DNA of 34,364 bases from an uncultured virus (IMG/VR IMGVR_UViG_3300029258_001891) (IMGVR_UViG_3300029258_001891), one strand, 5' to 3'. Positions 25,838 to 34,300 are shown, numbered from the stretch's first letter. The notes: a model not told the origin generated them from the letters alone. Numbers and translations: made by a program.

Positions 25838-26437
25838 ATGATCCTTGTAATGCTGCGGGGAGACGGGAAGATCGCGTGCTCCCTTGGAGCATTTCACAAC
25901 CAAACATTCAACATCTATACGGCTTGGAGGGCCGCGAACGGAAAGGGTAGTGTGCAATCGGGATCAAACATCAAAGGGGATACCGAGTATGGCACTGTCA
26001 CGGCCATGGGTGAACAGCTTTCTTTCATCGTGGGCGACCGTTACGCCGGAGTGTTCGCCCATGACAGGAAGAAACCCTACATCCACGACGATGACGGTAA
26101 GAAATATCCCATTGATCGATCAACATTCGACGTGACGGCTGGCCGAATGTTGGGCGGGAAAAGCGGGCGGAAAAAACTGTGCATGGGATGGGGATGGGCG
26201 AACAGGTATCCTTACGATTGCGTGAAAGCGCCTATCGCCATTCTTGAGGAATCGGTGTCTATGTTTCCTTCCGCTCACCATGTGTTCCTGTACTTGGCCC
26301 ATCTTCGAATCGTGCAAGACGACGATCCGAAATTCGAATCGCTGGTCGAGAAACTGAACAAGAAGGTGAAGCCGAAGGAGTTCGTGAAATCGGCCAAGCG
26401 AAGGAAACGGAAGAAGGAAGGAGGGTTTTCTTTCTGA
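25838..26437 (+). CDS. Hypothetical protein with FSF C-terminus
   Basis: GAGGAGG RBS; ends KRRKRKKEGGFSF*. Confidence 0.8.
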   Translation: MILVMLRGDGKIACSLGAFHNQTFNIYTAWRAANGKGSVQSGSNIKGDTEYGTVTAMGEQLSFIVGDRYAGVFAHDRKKPYIHDDDGKKYPIDRSTFDVTAGRMLGGKSGRKKLCMGWGWANRYPYDCVKAPIAILEESVSMFPSAHHVFLYLAHLRIVQDDDPKFESLVEKLNKKVKPKEFVKSAKRRKRKKEGGFSF

Positions 26438-26787
26438 TGGTGAAAAAAGAAGAAGGATTGAAATTGATGGCTTCCAAGTTCGATCTCGACGATACGGTAT
26501 ACTTTGTCAAAGAGGTAAGCTGTATCAGAGAGCACCCATGCTCGGAGTGCGGTGAGAGACACTTGATCGCCGATATGAAATACGTGAGTGCGAGAGGAAA
26601 GGTGTTTGAGTTGCGAATCACGCACGCTCTTTTAAGGTACCACGTCACTTACGTTTTGATGGAACGGAACAGGAATCTGCACATCGTCGAGGAAAGAAAC
26701 GTTTTCGGTACAGTGAAGGAAGCCAAGGCAGCGAGGGACAAGGCGAATGCCCAGCTTGCGAAAAGAGTTAAAGGTAAAAGGCTTTGA
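26437..26787 (+). CDS. Hypothetical protein
   Basis: TGATG overlap; KFDLDDTVYF..CSECG. Confidence 0.7.
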   Translation: MVKKEEGLKLMASKFDLDDTVYFVKEVSCIREHPCSECGERHLIADMKYVSARGKVFELRITHALLRYHVTYVLMERNRNLHIVEERNVFGTVKEAKAARDKANAQLAKRVKGKRL

Positions 26788-27103
26788 GGATGTTGGAGTG
26801 ATCGTGTGGTCCAGGGGAGAGAATCGTCTGGCGCATTTCGAACTGGACTTCCGGCACGCTTCGAAGGCCGTGAGGAGAAGGTGGGATAAGCAAAGGAAGA
26901 CTGGAAAAGAACCTCGTGCGTTTACTCACGATGATTTCTCTATTACAGTCTTCGGTACTCCATACGATCTCACCGAACTCATCGAACGGATTTACAAGGC
27001 GCGGCATGTCATCGTCAAAAAAATGGCAAAGGCTATCGATGATGCGATGCCGGAAGAACAAATTGTGAAAAAGAAATCAAAGCAGAAAGGGTTTGCATTT
27101 TGA
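26747..27103 (+). CDS. Hypothetical protein with FAF C-terminus
   Basis: Ends KKKSKQKGFAF*; start uncertain. Confidence 0.7.
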   Translation: MPSLRKELKVKGFEDVGVIVWSRGENRLAHFELDFRHASKAVRRRWDKQRKTGKEPRAFTHDDFSITVFGTPYDLTELIERIYKARHVIVKKMAKAIDDAMPEEQIVKKKSKQKGFAF

Positions 27104-27333
27104 GTGATGAGGTACCTGTGGATACGATTCCTGTGTTTTGTAACCAGTGTGGCTGCAAAGTTGGGCGTATGGAACGAGTGAGACAGCCCGACGGCACGGT
27201 GCCCACAGGAGAATCCCTTCATGTTCCCTGTTGTCCCGCTTGTGACCCGGACGAATGCGCCGATGAAGACGGGCGCATGATGCTCAAGGTGATCGAGTTG
27301 AACGAACAACGGCGGATGTTCCAGTACAACTAA
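27100..27333 (+). CDS. Small Zn-finger protein
   Basis: CNQCG..CPAC. Confidence 0.6.
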   Translation: MSDEVPVDTIPVFCNQCGCKVGRMERVRQPDGTVPTGESLHVPCCPACDPDECADEDGRMMLKVIELNEQRRMFQYN

Positions 27334-27345
27334 GAAAGGAAAGCC

Positions 27346-27699
27346 GTGGACGACGAAACGAAGGAACTGCTACGTGAAACCGCGTCGTGGCTGACGGTAC
27401 TCGCGTTGTGCGAGGAAGAAGATGAAATCGAGACGATGGAACCGATGGTCTGTCGTCGGCTGCACAAACTCGTCGATCTTTTAGAAAAAGGTGTCATCAC
27501 AATAAAAGCGGTAAGTTGGGAAAAGGTCGTGGACAAAGCACGGACGTATTCTTATTTCGATACACAACACCATCCTTTCGGGGTGCACAACAGAATCGCT
27601 ACGATCAAAGCATATCGTGAGTTGACGGGAAACGGTTTGAAGGAGTCAAAGGATGCCGTTCAAGCGGAAGCAAGGCTACGTGGAAACTTTTGGACGTAA
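27346..27699 (+). CDS. Second protein with bL12 C-terminal-like domain
   Basis: NRIATIKAYRELTGNGLKESKDAVQ. Confidence 0.75.
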   Translation: MDDETKELLRETASWLTVLALCEEEDEIETMEPMVCRRLHKLVDLLEKGVITIKAVSWEKVVDKARTYSYFDTQHHPFGVHNRIATIKAYRELTGNGLKESKDAVQAEARLRGNFWT

Positions 27700-27717
27700 G
27701 AAAGGAGCAACGGACAA

Positions 27718-28221
27718 ATGAGCAGCGAATACGATGCCGGTCATGGCTGGAAAGACAAGGACGAGGAAGAATTTGAGAAGGCTTTGAATCTCACGCATGA
27801 AGAGCAGAAGCAGATGCACGAGATCGACAAGCTGATGGGTGATGCGCAGAACAAGTTCACGTTCTTCATGCGCCAGCATCAAGCCGATCCGAAGAAGCCG
27901 AAGGAAATCCAGTTCTCCATGAAGATACGCGAAGCCACACTGGCGCAGTTCATGTGGCTACGGTTCATGGTGATTGAGCCTGGATGGCAAACGTCCGCCC
28001 AAGTCATCGGAAAGATCATTCAGGAAGGAGTCAAAGTCGTTTACGGGATAGAACAAGAGGGTGTCGCGGCTGCGTTCCTGGCAAAGAAGATGCTTTCGCA
28101 GATGCCGCCAGAGTTCGCACGCGCAACGCTCGTCAACTCCATCCGGGCGGGGATCGAACAGCGGAAACGGGTCGAAGAGCAAGGATTGAAGGAGTCAATG
28201 GGTGAGGATACTTCTGGCTGA
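27718..28221 (+). CDS. Hypothetical protein
   Basis: AAAGGAG RBS; 167 aa. Confidence 0.75.
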   Translation: MSSEYDAGHGWKDKDEEEFEKALNLTHEEQKQMHEIDKLMGDAQNKFTFFMRQHQADPKKPKEIQFSMKIREATLAQFMWLRFMVIEPGWQTSAQVIGKIIQEGVKVVYGIEQEGVAAAFLAKKMLSQMPPEFARATLVNSIRAGIEQRKRVEEQGLKESMGEDTSG

Positions 28222-28345
28222 GTTCGTCTACCTTGTCGCGGAGTTCATTCAATTTTGTTCCTGGCTTCTCATCGTCGCTTCAGGTTTCACGGAACTCGTG
28301 GGCCTGTGGATCGAAGAAGGAGAATGGCCCAAGGAGGACGATTGA
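28202..28345 (+). CDS. Small hydrophobic protein (47 aa, not in ORF track)
   Basis: GTG 28202: MRILLAEFVYLVAEFIQFCSWLLIVASGF...EDD*; fills the gap to the next gene. Confidence 0.45.
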   Translation: MRILLAEFVYLVAEFIQFCSWLLIVASGFTELVGLWIEEGEWPKEDD

Positions 28346-28347
28346 CA

Positions 28348-28710
28348 ATGAGCGGCTATGTGATAAGGTCTGTTCGAACAAGAACGATATGGCCCGGCGA
28401 AAAGGAGACAGTACGTGAAGAGGAAGTGTACTTCTTTCAGCGTTTCGTGGGCCGATCAATACTTTGGGTTAAAAACAAGAAACAGCGCGCCGTGTACGCC
28501 AAGAAGGAGCAAGCGGAATATCACCATAAAATTCTCAACAGGTGTGCACAGGATACGTGCGTGAAGCCGAAGCCTGTGCTCACTGTATTGAGAGTGAAGG
28601 GCAAGCCGAACGCGAAGGAGATGACACATGGCCAGAAGGTTCAAACAACTCAGCAACCGCCGAAGAAAAAAGCCGTCATCAAAAGAAAGAAAAGCCCTTT
28701 TGCGTTCTAG
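28348..28710 (+). CDS. Hypothetical protein with FAF C-terminus
   Basis: AAGGAGG RBS, ATG 28348; ends VIKRKKSPFAF*. Confidence 0.75.
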   Translation: MSGYVIRSVRTRTIWPGEKETVREEEVYFFQRFVGRSILWVKNKKQRAVYAKKEQAEYHHKILNRCAQDTCVKPKPVLTVLRVKGKPNAKEMTHGQKVQTTQQPPKKKAVIKRKKSPFAF

Positions 28711-29110
28711 CGCGGGAGGAGAGAAACTCCTTCTCTCGGTCAAGTTGAAGCACGGCGACAGGGACAAGCGTCTCAACATGCACATCTATGTGGTGAGAGT
28801 GCGCGCGAAGACTTCTTCGAACAGTTCCATTCACCCGCTGTTCTATTGCAAGGTCGTCATCTTCAATGAACTGGAACAGGAGATGCCGACGAATTATCGG
28901 CACAGGCACTACCGTTTCCTTCAAGACGTGAAGGAATGGTACAAAGAGATGGTGAAGTCAGCCAGTCAAAAAGGTTTTCTTTGGTGGAACGCACCCAAAG
29001 ACCTGTTCGGCATCGCGAACGCGACGATTTTTTCTTGGGAAACCGTGCTGAACTCGTTGTACAACCTCGCTGCTGAAGAGAACGTGGAGGTTGATCGTAA
29101 GGACTTTTGA
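28628..29110 (+). CDS. Hypothetical protein
   Basis: 160-aa ORF; start uncertain (28628 or 28778). Confidence 0.6.
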   Translation: MARRFKQLSNRRRKKPSSKERKALLRSSAGGEKLLLSVKLKHGDRDKRLNMHIYVVRVRAKTSSNSSIHPLFYCKVVIFNELEQEMPTNYRHRHYRFLQDVKEWYKEMVKSASQKGFLWWNAPKDLFGIANATIFSWETVLNSLYNLAAEENVEVDRKDF

Positions 29111-29122
29111 GGAGAAGAGCAC

Positions 29123-29368
29123 ATGAAAAAGAAACTGAAGAAGAAAAGGAGTTGCTCGGCGAAAGGTTGCCGCACTCCCGCGAAGCACCGGCTCAAAGAG
29201 AAGTTCCCTTTGTGCCATGCGTGCTACGTCAGACTGTGGCGGCAAGGGAAGATCAAGGACGGCAAGCTGACCATGAATCAAAAGGTCGATCTGATCTTGG
29301 AGAACCAAGAGAAGATCATCAAGAAGCTGGACAGGCAGCACAAGAACAGAAAGAGAGTGGCGAGATGA
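29123..29368 (+). CDS. Small basic Zn-finger protein
   Basis: GAGGAG RBS; CSAKGC..LCHACY. Confidence 0.7.
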   Translation: MKKKLKKKRSCSAKGCRTPAKHRLKEKFPLCHACYVRLWRQGKIKDGKLTMNQKVDLILENQEKIIKKLDRQHKNRKRVAR

Positions 29369-29577
29369 TACGGTGTCCTTGTTGCGGGAGTGAAACATCG
29401 GTTTGTCCTGAGTGCAAGAAAACTTTTCTTCACGGGAAAGCCTCCCAGTGTGACGGAGAAAAGTGTAAGGATGTCTATGTCCCTTTGGACTGTTCCGGTT
29501 GTGGGAGAGTCGTTTGCCAAGACATGACAGGAGTTCTCTCCCAAGAAATGTACTTGCACAAGTACAAGGGGAAATGA
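29365..29577 (+). CDS. Cys-rich protein
   Basis: ATGA overlap; CPCC..CPEC..CSGC. Confidence 0.6.
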   Translation: MIRCPCCGSETSVCPECKKTFLHGKASQCDGEKCKDVYVPLDCSGCGRVVCQDMTGVLSQEMYLHKYKGK

Positions 29578-29578
29578 A

Positions 29579-30862
29579 ATGCCTACCCGTGTGTTTTTGT
29601 CCGGTGGTGAAGTCCCTAAGTTCTACGATTCGATGAAGCAGATGGGCGGCAAGTCGGTGCTGATGACGTACTGGACGCTGCGAAAGAATCCTGACTACCT
29701 CAAGCGGCGGAAGGACGCGGACCCCGACATCGACGTGTTCATTGACTCGGGTGCGTTCACCTTCTTTATGAAGGGATGGAAGAAGCCGCTCAAGTTCTAC
29801 GAGAGGTACGTGAGGGACTACGCCAAGTTTCTCCGCAAATACAGGGACTATATCTTTTGCGCGGCGGAACTGGACATCGACACCATTGTAGGTGATGTCG
29901 CGCAGAAGTGGCGCGAAGAAATCTTCGAGAAGATGAACAAGTCCGTTGTTCCAATCGTCTTTGTGTGGCACGACACGTGGCATGACGAAAACGATTTCAA
30001 AGCCTACTGCCAGCGATACGATTTCGTCGGAATAGGTTCCGGCTTTAACGACGATTACCAGCGACTCATGGCCACGGCCCGGCAATACTTGACCAAAGTC
30101 CACGTGTTCGGCTACACGAGAAGCACCGAGATTCAGAACTACGACTTCTATTCGGTGGATTCGACAACGTGGCTTCTCGGATCGAAGTACGGGGAGACGG
30201 ACATCTTCAACGGGAAGACGATCAATCGGTACGACAACACGAAGAAGGACATCCGCCGGACCTATCGCGTGAAATTCGAAAACGCTGGGCTTGACTGGAG
30301 CAAGATCGCAAGCGAGGATTACTATGAGGTAATCCGCATGAACATGCTTTCGTTCGTCGAGATGGAAGCATACCTCGCGAAAGTGAATCGGGTCAAGGCG
30401 TATTGGGAAAAGAGAATGCCCAAGCCCATGGTCGTGAGGAGTGCCAGCGACGATGGCATTGAGGGGTATCTCTTGACCCAAGGGCTGTCAAAAGAAGAGA
30501 TCGGCAACCTCGACATGAAAGACAAACGGGAACGGGCTTACCTGTTCTCGTGTCTGCAACACGGTCGATTGAAGACGATCAAGAAATGGATCGTGAGCAA
30601 TCCGCCGGAAGATGTGGGTGTCCTGTTCACCGATGACGCGGCAAAGAAGATCGCGGACATGGCCAACCCAAAACCAGACGAACTGGACGCGCTCAGACGC
30701 GCGTACAATCTCGGTCTTCTTGTTTCTGCAGGCGCGAGGAAAAGAACATCGCCTGAAGAGTTCAAACCCCGTTTCGTCACGCACAAACGGGATGATCCTG
30801 AGGTTGATCCCGTCGAGCGTTTGGACTCCGAAGGTATGGACTTGTTCTATGGAGACAAGTGA
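29579..30862 (+). CDS. dpdA: TGT-fold 7-deazaguanine DNA transglycosylase (DpdA-like)
   Basis: VFIDSGAFTF, AELD, VFVWH, VGIG, KVHVFG, SVDSTTW; a complete preQ0/preQ1 pathway lies in the same window. Confidence 0.8.
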   Translation: MPTRVFLSGGEVPKFYDSMKQMGGKSVLMTYWTLRKNPDYLKRRKDADPDIDVFIDSGAFTFFMKGWKKPLKFYERYVRDYAKFLRKYRDYIFCAAELDIDTIVGDVAQKWREEIFEKMNKSVVPIVFVWHDTWHDENDFKAYCQRYDFVGIGSGFNDDYQRLMATARQYLTKVHVFGYTRSTEIQNYDFYSVDSTTWLLGSKYGETDIFNGKTINRYDNTKKDIRRTYRVKFENAGLDWSKIASEDYYEVIRMNMLSFVEMEAYLAKVNRVKAYWEKRMPKPMVVRSASDDGIEGYLLTQGLSKEEIGNLDMKDKRERAYLFSCLQHGRLKTIKKWIVSNPPEDVGVLFTDDAAKKIADMANPKPDELDALRRAYNLGLLVSAGARKRTSPEEFKPRFVTHKRDDPEVDPVERLDSEGMDLFYGDK

Positions 30863-31179
30863 TGCTACAGGGTGAAAAAAGAATCGCGAGATGCGCAAGA
30901 TGCCGGTGCCCTATCAAGTACAAGTTGTTTTGCATATATGGGTGCTGTGAAATCTATATGTGCTTTGACTGCATGGGAGAAATATATCAGCGAATGAAAA
31001 TCGGTTCCGTGTACAACTATGTTTATGAATACTGTTTCATGTGCCGAGAAAGGATTCGCGTATCGGTGTACACAAAAGGACCGGACAAAGGGGAGTGGCG
31101 TGTACACGTAAACAAAAAAAGAAACATGGCCAAGTGGAATGAAGCACTCAATGCTCTCAAGAGGTTGGAGAGTTTGTGA
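30859..31179 (+). CDS. RING-like Zn-finger protein
   Basis: CARC..CCEIYMCFDC..CFMCR. Confidence 0.6.
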   Translation: MMLQGEKRIARCARCRCPIKYKLFCIYGCCEIYMCFDCMGEIYQRMKIGSVYNYVYEYCFMCRERIRVSVYTKGPDKGEWRVHVNKKRNMAKWNEALNALKRLESL

Positions 31180-31502
31180 TGCATAAGTGCGACAACTGCA
31201 ATGCGACATCCGCAGCACTCGTGGTCATGGATTGTTGCGGAAGTAAAATCTGTGACATGTGTTCTTTGAACGCGCTGGATTTCGACGACGAGGTTTTTAC
31301 GTTCAGTGCGGGAGTTCGTCTTAAGGAACGGACTATCATTCGCGGAGACGGGTTCGTCTGTCCTATTTGCGGACAGAAGAGAGCGACATACAAGATGCCC
31401 GCTTACGTGGACGAGAACACGCCTAAGCCTCCGGTCAAGGAACCGAACAGCACATGGGACGAAGCCGTGGATGCAGCGGAAAGATTGGAGGACTTGGAAT
31501 GA
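31176..31502 (+). CDS. RING-like Zn-finger protein
   Basis: CDNC..CCGSKICDMC..CPICG. Confidence 0.65.
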   Translation: MMHKCDNCNATSAALVVMDCCGSKICDMCSLNALDFDDEVFTFSAGVRLKERTIIRGDGFVCPICGQKRATYKMPAYVDENTPKPPVKEPNSTWDEAVDAAERLEDLE

Positions 31503-31831
31503 GCCCGGTAGACGGCTTGTTAAAGAACTTGGCAAAGTGTGAAATCTGCAACCGCTACTACAGTTTGATAGAAGAAAAGACTCCATGTTGGGGTAGAGTC
31601 GTCTGCCAGACTTGTTTGGGAAGAGCCATTCGTAAGGCCATAAACGTTCCTTCCAACTTCAACTTGATGGGTCCTAATTCTGAGTCTGAGTACAGGGAAG
31701 AGTGCGCTTTCTTCTGCGGTGCGACACTCAAGTACAAGATCGGAACCGATTTCTACACGATGGAGAAAACAGTGTCCCCAAAGGAATGGGATAAGGTCGT
31801 TCGGGCGTTTGGACAGTTGGACACGATCTAA
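31499..31831 (+). CDS. RING-like Zn-finger protein
   Basis: CEIC..PCWGRVVCQTC..CAFFCG. Confidence 0.6.
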   Translation: MSPVDGLLKNLAKCEICNRYYSLIEEKTPCWGRVVCQTCLGRAIRKAINVPSNFNLMGPNSESEYREECAFFCGATLKYKIGTDFYTMEKTVSPKEWDKVVRAFGQLDTI

Positions 31832-31843
31832 GGAGGAAGTGAG

Positions 31844-32281
31844 ATGAGCGACGAATTGCTGCTGTGCTACGTGTACAAGGCCAAACTGGTGAGGGTGATT
31901 GACGGGGATATCATCGATGTGGACATCGATCTCGGATTCCACATGACCACGAGGCAGCGACTCAGGCTTGCCGAGATAGACACGCTGAAACTCATGTCCA
32001 GGAATCCTAATGAGAGGATTGCGGCACGGCAGGCAAAGACCTTCATCCTCAAGGAATTGTCGGGAGACGTGCTCGACTTGCCGGACTTGCTCGACTCCAG
32101 GGAAGGATGGAGAGCCTACCTCCAAGTCCAAACGTCCAAGTCGGACTCCTTCGGGCGCTACTTGGCCATCGTCTGGTACAGGTGGAACTTGGACGACGAG
32201 TGGACCAACCTGAACGAAGAACTCCTTGACAGGGGCTTCGCGAAGCCCTACAAGAAGAAGCGAAAGAAGGGTGCCAAGTGA
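31844..32281 (+). CDS. Thermonuclease (SNase-like) family protein
   Basis: YKAKLVRVIDGDIIDVDIDLGF, RLRLAEIDT, DSFGRYLA, LNEELLDRGFA. Confidence 0.92.
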   Translation: MSDELLLCYVYKAKLVRVIDGDIIDVDIDLGFHMTTRQRLRLAEIDTLKLMSRNPNERIAARQAKTFILKELSGDVLDLPDLLDSREGWRAYLQVQTSKSDSFGRYLAIVWYRWNLDDEWTNLNEELLDRGFAKPYKKKRKKGAK

Positions 32282-32487
32282 TGACGCCGAACCAACGACG
32301 CGATATGGAAGCCCACAAGGAAGCCCTGAAGCGGTTCGGGGGCAAGATGCCTCTATCGAATGTGCCCCCTAAGAGACGGAAGAAGACTCCCGCGCTGCCC
32401 TGGAAGGTCCACTACGCTCTGACGAACAGGATCGACGCCCAGGGAAGAGGCAGCCGGATTCACCAGACGATGTACGAAAAGCGTTAG
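32278..32487 (+). CDS. Small basic protein
   Basis: GTGA overlap; 69 aa. Confidence 0.55.
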   Translation: MMTPNQRRDMEAHKEALKRFGGKMPLSNVPPKRRKKTPALPWKVHYALTNRIDAQGRGSRIHQTMYEKR

Positions 32488-32504
32488 CCAGGAGGAACCC
32501 TAAC

Positions 32505-33575
32505 ATGGGTAAGCGCCGGAAGCCGCCTCGCACGTTTTCGGACACCCCACCTAGCACGCTTTCGGGCAAGGCCAAGAAGCGCCCCAAAGCGTGCTCGGTG
32601 AAGCGAAAACCGCCCCGGAAGGACCGAAAAGGCGTGCAAGGTGCCTTTCGCCGCACAGACGATGCTGTACCGAAAACTCGTGCCCCATTCGCTTTCGGGA
32701 ACGACCCTAAAACGCATACCGAAGACTCGGCACAGGAACCCCTCCAGGAACCCGCCAAGGAAGCCGAAACGAAGACTGTCGAACCCTCTCCCCCGCCCGA
32801 AAAAACAACCCCGGTCAAGACTGAAGAACCCAAGACTGAGGAACCCTCTGGAAAGGTAGGTGATAATGGCGACGGTGCCAAGGAAGTCCCTGAAGAGACG
32901 AAGGACGGTCAGGAAGAGCCAAACCAACAATCTCAACCGGAAGCACAACACCAGAACGCCCTCCCGCCGCCGGAACCTGCTAAGCCGCTCACTCCCGCCC
33001 AAAAACGATCCATGGAAAAGCTGAACAAGGGATTCGGTAAGAAGCTGCCCCCCATCACATGCAACACATGCGCTTTTACCACCCAATGCCCCCAGTTCAG
33101 GCCCGACTACGAATGCGGATTCACGGACATCATAGAATCGGTCCATCTCGAAGGGATCGAGGACATCAAGCTGGCGCAGCTAAGGATCATTGAAGCGAAC
33201 CTCCAAACGGCCGAACTCGGTCTTATCCAGCAACGCTTGGCGGGCGGGATCATAGACGACAAGACTTCTTCCCGTCTAGACGCCGCACACGAGCAGCTAA
33301 ACGAGATGCGCAAAACGAAAGTCATGGAAGACCGGGACAAGGGAATCCCTCCCGGAGCAGGATCGGACCACATCTCCGGTCCTCGAATCATCGAACGTCT
33401 TTTCGGCGATCTTGGAAAAATCGGCACGAAAGAAGATTTCAAGGATGCTGAAGGCGAAGTGATCGTGGAACCCCCGCCGGAAGAACTTCCCGACAAACAA
33501 GTTGAAGCCGAACTGAAAACCCACAAGGAAACCGAACTTGACGAGGTTCTCGACGACTTCGCGAAAGAGTTCTGA
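32505..33575 (+). CDS. Hypothetical protein: disordered N-terminal half, CxxC-x5-C-x8-C domain
   Basis: AGGAGG RBS; CNTCAFTTQCPQFRPDYEC followed by a helical region. Confidence 0.85.
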   Translation: MGKRRKPPRTFSDTPPSTLSGKAKKRPKACSVKRKPPRKDRKGVQGAFRRTDDAVPKTRAPFAFGNDPKTHTEDSAQEPLQEPAKEAETKTVEPSPPPEKTTPVKTEEPKTEEPSGKVGDNGDGAKEVPEETKDGQEEPNQQSQPEAQHQNALPPPEPAKPLTPAQKRSMEKLNKGFGKKLPPITCNTCAFTTQCPQFRPDYECGFTDIIESVHLEGIEDIKLAQLRIIEANLQTAELGLIQQRLAGGIIDDKTSSRLDAAHEQLNEMRKTKVMEDRDKGIPPGAGSDHISGPRIIERLFGDLGKIGTKEDFKDAEGEVIVEPPPEELPDKQVEAELKTHKETELDEVLDDFAKEF

Positions 33576-34051
33576 TTCCTTTTTGGTCAAAACAAAAATC
33601 CTCTCACCAAAAATTCGCGGCCTGAAGAAAGGCTCTGTAGTGTCATAAGGGAAGAGTAGAGCATAGAGCCTGTGTGAAACTTTCCCTGTAACACGGTTTT
33701 CCTGTCCCTCACGACCATTCATTCCCTCCAGCCCCGATTCCATCTACTTCAACCAGAACAATCGAAAAGAACTTCTGTGTGATGTTCATTTCAATCGAGA
33801 AAAAAGACGTGGGCAGGAAGTCATAGTGTGAACAGGTAAACGAAAACGTGCTAGGTGGACAAAAACATAGGTGGGTCATGGGGTATGCGCCGCTATCCGG
33901 TATCGGTCGTTTCAAACCAACGTGCTAGGCGCGGTAGCGCCGGTAAGGTGTTCTTTTTTTCTTTTTCCGGTAGTTTTGAAAGTGACCTGAGGAGGATAGG
34001 TTTTTTGTCGTTTTGACCCGGTTGTTTTGAGCAAGTTTCGCGCCAGACTAT

Positions 34052-34210
34052 GTGAAAATTCACGTGAATGCACTAAAAAGAAAGAGTGAAAAAAGAAAAA
34101 GAAACGCCAACATTACTTGCGCTCGCTCGTTGAATGGAGTAGATTTGAAATTGGATATGGGAGTTGCCAATCGGATTTGAGGAACCCGATTCCTAGTATC
34201 TCTTTGACAA
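34052..34210 (+). promoter_or_regulatory. Second operator + promoter + boxA-like site
   Basis: GTGAAAATTCACGTGAA 34052-34068; A-tract; TTGCGC(34117)-N17-TAGATT(34140); CTCTTTGACAA 34200-34210. Confidence 0.65.
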
Positions 34211-34300
34211 CCTAAACCCTGGTTTTCTTGTGGCGCTCGCGAGTAGCGAAACGGCAAGCGGGGGGATCTTGTTAACCTCAACTAACGGAAGGAAAAGAAA

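Noticed and set aside
28958..30481. 507-aa minus-strand ORF and other long minus ORFs (3221-4135, 17088-18161, 18710-19459)
   Set aside because: Antisense to well-supported + strand genes; no motifs
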